Source: Draconibacterium sp.
GTDB taxonomy: Bacteria; Bacteroidota; Bacteroidia; Bacteroidales; Prolixibacteraceae
Length of the DNA stretch: 62,800 nucleotides
NCBI GenBank assembly: GCA_050294855.1
Contig: JBNKOT010000377.1
Span: 1 to 62,800 of the forward strand
Reading direction: 5' to 3'
Both the position numbers and the translations under genes were made by a program. The notes beneath the pieces are model-generated. The model worked only from the letters and a program-made list of their open reading frames with translations, searched no databases and had not been told where the DNA came from. Below are positions 58,401-62,800 of the stretch, in pieces (position 1 is the first letter of the stretch; each line of letters opens with the position of its first letter).

Positions 58401-58726
58401 AGATCAATATCGATCACATTTTGTGCTCCGATTTTTTGGCCCTGGGTTATAAATCCAACAAAGCTGAAGACAATGTTGTTTTCCGGGTTTTTTATTCTCA
58501 GAACATACTGTCCGTTTATGTCGGTGATAGTTGCACTTATGATTCTTTTTTTATCGTCAGCTTCGATAACTGTGGCTCCTACAAGTGTTTCTCCATCCGT
58601 TGCCGAGCTAACCGTACCCCTGACCACACGGTCGGTTCTGGTGCTTTGCCCCGGAGAAACAAAAGGGATGAGCAGATAAAAAAACAGAATTGTTCCAACA
58701 ATTTTAAATTTCATATTTGTTGTCAT
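55439..58726 (-). CDS. susC: SusC/RagA TonB-dependent transporter
   Basis: LQ.VVIT TonB-box region, IRGTSS, DIEEITVLKDAASTAVWGSKGANGVLVIKTKKG, DLRWEKS, DRYVEDGSFLR, YTGVDPE, terminal Phe; start placed at ATG 58726 (or 58714). Confidence 0.96.
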   Translation of the reverse strand: MTTNMKFKIVGTILFFYLLIPFVSPGQSTRTDRVVRGTVSSATDGETLVGATVIEADDKKRIISATITDINGQYVLRIKNPENNIVFSFVGFITQGQKIGAQNVIDIDLKEDLQVIEDVVITAEKKISDGSFDIPQRELSTAVQTLSTKEFEGVQVTSIDEAMQGRIAGLDIVANSGDLGSGATMRIRGTSSINANTQPLIVVNGFPYEINVDPSFDFAAANQEQYANMLSINPDDIEEITVLKDAASTAVWGSKGANGVLVIKTKKGASGPTRVQYSYRFTAAKQPQGLNMLNGDDYTMMMKQAYFNPQQNENAANVREFLYDPTFSEYENFNNNTDWVDAVSQIGFKHDNYLNVSGGGQRARYRVSTGFLTQTGTVIGQKMNRITSTAYLDYSVSDRIKFITELTFFYTDNDRNYDNILGIAYRKMPNVSIYQQNLEGDETDVYYNISRSSTLHPDQRDLRNPVATAQLATNNLKNYRIRPIFRLQYDLLNPEIQTLRYNLDVSFDVNNDKVSRFLPAEVSNAPWNDGAINAADSYDSESTTVLADNKITWQPKIYNSDHSLLVQGNLQIITGNSSSQGMGVTNIPSGNIVDASGYGYSTGISTSRYSFRSNALTFRGHYVFKDRYILGATFRREGSTKFGEKYKYGNFPGISAKWIISDEDFMQSTSKWLSMFALRPSWGVAGNDPDAEYLHFSRYSPYGSYIDMAATRPTTLRLADLRWEKSTSFNYGMDLGFFNDRFNFEVNFYNKHTEDLLFNNLSIPSSSGFNNVPVQNVGTMDNNGWELNFFTNRAIRVKDFTVDFNFNLSNYVNTIVELRDDILASYNADYNYTNGTYLSRIQEGNAYGSIYGFRYKGVYQYNDYIEGVQENAPVARDENGNVFSDQEGNPLPMYFAYGKSNEYQFRGGDAIYEDINSDGNIDELDIVYLGNSNPMFNGGFGSTLRYKSLSVTAFFNFRVGNDIVNMARMNAENMYYLNNQSTSVNWRWRKDGDVTEMPRALYNYGYNWLGSDRYVEDGSFLRMKYLTFNYAIPEAKLKKYKMQQVSFYLTINNLFVLTKYTGVDPEVGYGSFGVSVDNSPTPRSKDATFGVSVTF

Positions 58727-58727
58727 T

Positions 58728-61265
58728 TTATTCAAACCTCAAAATATTATCAATCTGGTGGATAACTGCCGTAGAAGACGTAATAATGGATGAACTTGCA
58801 AATTCAGAACCTGTACCGGTTCCGTCGATTTCGCGATAAGCTTGCGGGTTCCCACTAAAAATGTAATCTCTTGTAAGAATGTTGTAGAGTCCGTTATCTC
58901 TGATTACATGGGCGGTGCCATAATTTTCTGTATCCAGTTTTATATTTTCGCCATCGCATGTAATTCCGAGTCGGTAATATTTGTCTTTGTATGTTTTGAA
59001 TTGTGTTTCAAGATTATCTTTTTTAATGGTGGCTGTTTGATATAGTTTGTAATACGTTTCGCCATCCAGAAAAACTGAATTGTCTTGAAAGTGATACCGT
59101 AAAAAACGTTCCAGTTTCGAGATTTCATCATTTTTTACTTGCGCATCTTCTAACCTGTCGATTTGATCCCAGTTCATGATCAACCCTTCGTCGATGGCTT
59201 GCAGTATTGCTTCGTTGGTAGGAACATAAACCGAATAATTAAAAGTATTAAAGAAACTGATGTTGAAATCGATACCGTAATAGTTGGTCTTTTTTACAAA
59301 TATTTCTTTGTTTGCAGGAAATCCGTTTAACAGCCCAAAAAACTCGCTGAATTCGGGTGTTTCGCTCAATATTTTATACACCGATTGCAAAGGTGTTTGT
59401 AGTGGTTTATCGACAAAATAAGTTGTGCCGTTTTCTTGTCTGTAAAGACCTTCGTCAACCACATTAACCACGGTGTTTGTTTGAATGTCGTACCCTGCCT
59501 GCACTTTCAGATTAAAACCTGTGCCTTCTACCTGAATGATGTTACCGTTTTTAGTGAAATAGTATTTGCCCCCCGATTCTACATCGTCGATTACGATATG
59601 CGAGTCGAGCAAGTCGAGCAAACGATTGGTAAGAAATGACCTGTTGGTTATTGTACTTACCGAGTCGCCTACGGTACCGGTTGCCAAATCGTACGCATAA
59701 ACAGTTGCATTTACTGTATTGGTTTCTGTATTATACCAGTATTTCATCACTCCTTTTACATCTTTAGCATAGGAAATCGGATCGATATAATCTTTAAAAT
59801 ACTCATCTGTAGGAACAAAGAAACTGTAGGTGCTTTTAAGTGCATTCAGGTATAGGTCGAATTCGTTTTCACTCACTGCCCAGTTAAATACAGCAGTTTT
59901 ATCGCTCAAAAGAACCGGAGCATAAACCGAAATATAATCGTTTGGAGGATATACTTTGTTGGTGTTATAAACCACGCCATTTACTCCAACGTACGAACTG
60001 GCAATATCTCCGGGTTGAATCGGAATAGGTGAGTTGTTGGCATCTACCAATTTGTCGAAACGACCAGGAACTGTTTCGAGAAATGATTCACGAAGATGCC
60101 TGTTCAGCAATTTCATAATGATATAATCCGGTGTTTCCTCCCAACTGCCAAAACGATTTCTCAATATTACTCCTGCTCCATTTTCAAAATATTCGGTCAT
60201 TGCTGCATTCGTTGGAGCTATAACTGCCGCCATATCCGACTGCAACGAACTATTGGCAGCAGACGAAACATAATTGTTACTGCCCGGATTGTAAGGTAAA
60301 AGAAGCTCAGTTCTGATCAGACTTCCATCGGGATAACGCACTCGTCCGTCGTAATCCGAATAATAAATTTTCTCGAATATAGAATCAATTGGATGTTCTG
60401 GATTGATCTGATTGTAATCGCTGGTTTGCCCAGCATTGTAATACGGTGCACAAAAGCGATCGAGCAAGTCGGAGAATATTCTTGAATCAGGATTTTGTTT
60501 TAGATATTCAGCAACGTTTACAGGCGGAATCAGTACTTTCTCCAGTACATGGACATACCCGTTTTTACATGTAATGTCTCTTTCCTTAACCTTTACACTG
60601 AAAATATGGGCGTCGTTTGCTTCACGGTCAACACCAGTGATCAGACTAAAATCAGCATTGTTGATACCTGCACCTTTTAAGGATTTTTCTAAGAAATGAA
60701 CCATTGGCCATGCAGTAGCATCTTTTTGCAGATAGATTCCCTTGGTTCGGTGTTCGTCCCAAAAACGGCCAATTGGCAGCATATCGCCCGATTCGAAAGG
60801 GATTGAATCGAGAACCGAAACAGAGGTTGTACGACGTAATGCTGTGCCTTCCTGTAAGCTACCATTATAATAGTTCGACAAAGTTTCGATGAGGTAAGCA
60901 TTGTCGATCATCGAAAATTTTATGATCAGTTTCTTTTGGGTAAGACTCAGGCCGTCGTAACTTGATACATTCCACCGGTTGTTTTTGAAGAATTCTTCGA
61001 AAGCCGCGTCGTCGGCAACGAAAAGTGTTTTGCTACCTGTTTTGGCCAGAACTTCTTTGTAGCCAACCTCTTCTATTATGCGAGTATAATAGGTGAAATT
61101 TTCGCTCGAGTTCAGATAATCATATATACTTGCTCCAAGCCATTCCGGCTCCTTGTTGTCGTATATGTATTCATCTTTACAGGAAACAGTCAGCAAAATT
61201 CCCATCAGTAGAATCGCTTCTACCCATAGATAATTACTAAAAAGTTTCCGAATTTTTATTTTCAT
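58728..61265 (-). CDS. Multi-fasciclin (about 4 FAS1-like repeats) lipoprotein
   Basis: Lipobox TVSC; KTLFVADD/KNGYVHVL, AVIAPTN/VNGVVY, YSFFVPTD/ENGTTY, YSVYVPTN/VIHQIDNIL. Confidence 0.82.
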   Translation of the reverse strand: MKIKIRKLFSNYLWVEAILLMGILLTVSCKDEYIYDNKEPEWLGASIYDYLNSSENFTYYTRIIEEVGYKEVLAKTGSKTLFVADDAAFEEFFKNNRWNVSSYDGLSLTQKKLIIKFSMIDNAYLIETLSNYYNGSLQEGTALRRTTSVSVLDSIPFESGDMLPIGRFWDEHRTKGIYLQKDATAWPMVHFLEKSLKGAGINNADFSLITGVDREANDAHIFSVKVKERDITCKNGYVHVLEKVLIPPVNVAEYLKQNPDSRIFSDLLDRFCAPYYNAGQTSDYNQINPEHPIDSIFEKIYYSDYDGRVRYPDGSLIRTELLLPYNPGSNNYVSSAANSSLQSDMAAVIAPTNAAMTEYFENGAGVILRNRFGSWEETPDYIIMKLLNRHLRESFLETVPGRFDKLVDANNSPIPIQPGDIASSYVGVNGVVYNTNKVYPPNDYISVYAPVLLSDKTAVFNWAVSENEFDLYLNALKSTYSFFVPTDEYFKDYIDPISYAKDVKGVMKYWYNTETNTVNATVYAYDLATGTVGDSVSTITNRSFLTNRLLDLLDSHIVIDDVESGGKYYFTKNGNIIQVEGTGFNLKVQAGYDIQTNTVVNVVDEGLYRQENGTTYFVDKPLQTPLQSVYKILSETPEFSEFFGLLNGFPANKEIFVKKTNYYGIDFNISFFNTFNYSVYVPTNEAILQAIDEGLIMNWDQIDRLEDAQVKNDEISKLERFLRYHFQDNSVFLDGETYYKLYQTATIKKDNLETQFKTYKDKYYRLGITCDGENIKLDTENYGTAHVIRDNGLYNILTRDYIFSGNPQAYREIDGTGTGSEFASSSIITSSTAVIHQIDNILRFE

Positions 61266-61361
61266 AGTTTGCGTAGATATTAGTTTTATATTTTCACAAA
61301 ATGTATTGCTCCAATTTGTTCGTTACATCAGACTTGTGGAATCCAATATAATTTAACTTTG

Positions 61362-61407
61362 CTAAAGTAATTTTAACACGAAAGATTTAATATCTGTAAT
61401 CAGTCAA
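61362..61407 (-). promoter_or_regulatory. Putative HTCS operator plus -7-like promoter of the fasciclin/SusCD operon
   Basis: Minus strand TTGACTGATTACAGATA (61407-61391), 21-bp gap, TACTTTAG (61369-61362); a second degenerate copy ending TGTGACC lies just upstream. Confidence 0.6.
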
Positions 61408-61608
61408 AAAAGGTCACAATTTCAGAACCTTCGCATTTCAGCTAGAATTCAAATATAAAAACCGTTATTAATGAGGATTATACAGTACAAAAATTATATA
61501 ATTGTCAATACTAATCAATCAAACTTTTATTGCTCTTTCGCCGGAAGTTCAACCTCGGTTTTACCCTAAATTTTCAAAAAAAATAAACGTAAAAACGTAA
61601 AACCGCGT

Positions 61609-62478
61609 TTACCGGTAGGCTTCTGCTTTATCTTTTTGTTCCAAACGTACATAGGTATTAAAAAGCACTTGTTTTAAATCGGGATAGGAGCCACTCTTAT
61701 AGGCTTTTAGTAAATACGGCAACGCTTCTTTATAAACCGATTTCCCTTTTTCGATACCCCGGTTGTATTCGGCATAATCAACGCGGTCGGGTTTTGCAAT
61801 GGCTTCGTATTCCTTTTTCTTGTTGGCAAATATTTCGCTGCCATTTTTATATAATAACATACCCAGACTCATGTTAGACCCTGAATGATCGGGTTTTAAT
61901 TTTAGTACTTCGTTATAATATGTTTTGGCTTCTTCTACCTGACCTAAATTTTGTAATGCTATTCCTCTAAAATAAAGATAATTCACATTTTCGGGATACC
62001 AGCTTAAAAGCTCATCGGTTGTACTTATTACTTTTTTGTATTGCTGGGTATTGATGTAATGATAAGCAAGGCTTTTTGCGTTATCCTGGTTGTATTCCGG
62101 AAAAGCTTTGGTTTTTTCGAGTAATGCAAATTCGTATATTGAATCGTTTTTTGCCTTTTTCGACAGGTTGATCAATTTGTCGTAAATATCGAGTTGAGGC
62201 ACATGAAACTGAACCGCCATTTTATAGTAGTTTAACGCTTCTTCTTTTTGACCGAGTGCTTCGCTCGAAAAACCGGCATAACCGTAAACCAAAGCAAGTT
62301 GTGTGGTGTCGGCAGTGTTGGCCTCTATCAAACTTTTACATTGTGTCAAACCGCCTTCAAAATTACTGTTAATCAAAGCCGTTTTAATATCATCTATTTT
62401 AGAATCAACATCTTGTGCTTGCACCGTTGTTGCCATCATTATGAATAAGCATCCAGCTAAAACTATATTTTTATACAT
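61609..62478 (-). CDS. Exported tetratricopeptide-repeat (TPR) protein
   Basis: Signal peptide (VQA|Q); TPR patterns such as YLYFRGIALQNLGQVEEAKTYYNEVLKLKPD and ALPYLLKAY. Confidence 0.85.
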   Translation of the reverse strand: MYKNIVLAGCLFIMMATTVQAQDVDSKIDDIKTALINSNFEGGLTQCKSLIEANTADTTQLALVYGYAGFSSEALGQKEEALNYYKMAVQFHVPQLDIYDKLINLSKKAKNDSIYEFALLEKTKAFPEYNQDNAKSLAYHYINTQQYKKVISTTDELLSWYPENVNYLYFRGIALQNLGQVEEAKTYYNEVLKLKPDHSGSNMSLGMLLYKNGSEIFANKKKEYEAIAKPDRVDYAEYNRGIEKGKSVYKEALPYLLKAYKSGSYPDLKQVLFNTYVRLEQKDKAEAYR

Positions 62479-62549
62479 CTTTTTATATTGTATGATTTAA
62501 ACGACATCTAAAATTCAATACCTAAAATCTGATTATTTCAAAAAAGAAT

Positions 62550-62585
62550 TTGAAAAGTACCGGGTTCGTCGGTATCCTTTTTCAA
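62550..62585. terminator. Imperfect hairpin, possible terminator upstream of the TPR gene
   Basis: TTGAAAAG-TACCG ggttcgt CGGTA-tc-CTTTTTCAA; bulged stem. Confidence 0.3.
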
Positions 62586-62800
62586 CATAATCCGTTTTTC
62601 AAAGATAAGTTTAAAAAAAAAGATTTGAATACATTTTTCAGTCAATTTTAATATACGAACTGGTCCTTTCTTAATACAGACGATGTTTAAATCTTTTGCG
62701 AAGCATGTCTCAACAAGAAAAGAATCAGATACAACAAAAAAACAGCACGTTTTAAAGCTGATGCTGAAAACGAAAAAGGATTTTATTTTCTGATAATTTT

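Noticed and set aside
22068-58765. Numerous 60-200 aa ORFs antisense or out of frame within long genes (e.g. 22068..22670, 30825..31364, 49474..50037)
   Set aside because: Shadow ORFs of well-supported CDSs with no independent evidence
61574-61610. Short repeats AAACGTAA near the TPR stop codon
   Set aside because: Only two short copies in A-rich sequence; not CRISPR-like or a meaningful array
1-62800. CRISPR arrays, tRNA/rRNA, IS elements, invertible promoters, arabinose catabolic genes (araA/B/D)
   Set aside because: No repeat-spacer array, structural RNA signature, transposase or recombinase, or catabolic gene recognised by eye; a covariance-model search was not possible

Overview
A 62.8-kb polysaccharide utilisation locus (PUL) from a Bacteroidota genome (the promoter motifs, T9SS sorting domains and Na+-symporter fit a Prolixibacteraceae/Marinilabiliales-like host, which is inference). 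It targets pectic side chains and backbone: arabinan, (arabino)galactan and rhamnogalacturonan-I. Left, minus strand: GH43 arabinanase, GH51, an internally deleted GH43-LamG gene and an SSS sugar symporter, plus two tandem hybrid two-component systems (HTCS). Middle, plus strand: a stand-alone GH2 sugar-binding domain, two more GH51s, GH27, GH2 and a double GH43, then five consecutive T9SS-secreted multimodular proteins (PL11, an unassigned clan GH-A-like enzyme, a GH128-like enzyme, a 1743-aa apparently non-catalytic multi-lectin protein, and a GH43). Right, minus strand and convergent: fasciclin-SusC-SusD-fasciclin-fasciclin-SusC-SusD, then a TPR protein. The most striking signal is regulatory. 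The two HTCSs have strongly diverged sensor/kinase halves but 91/93 identical residues in the AraC DNA-binding domain, despite many silent substitutions. A single 17-bp motif (approx. TTGACkrATTTsTGACA) sits 21-22 bp upstream of the Bacteroidota -7 element at five promoters. Together these suggest a two-input, one-operator regulon. No rRNA, tRNA, CRISPR array or mobile element was recognised.
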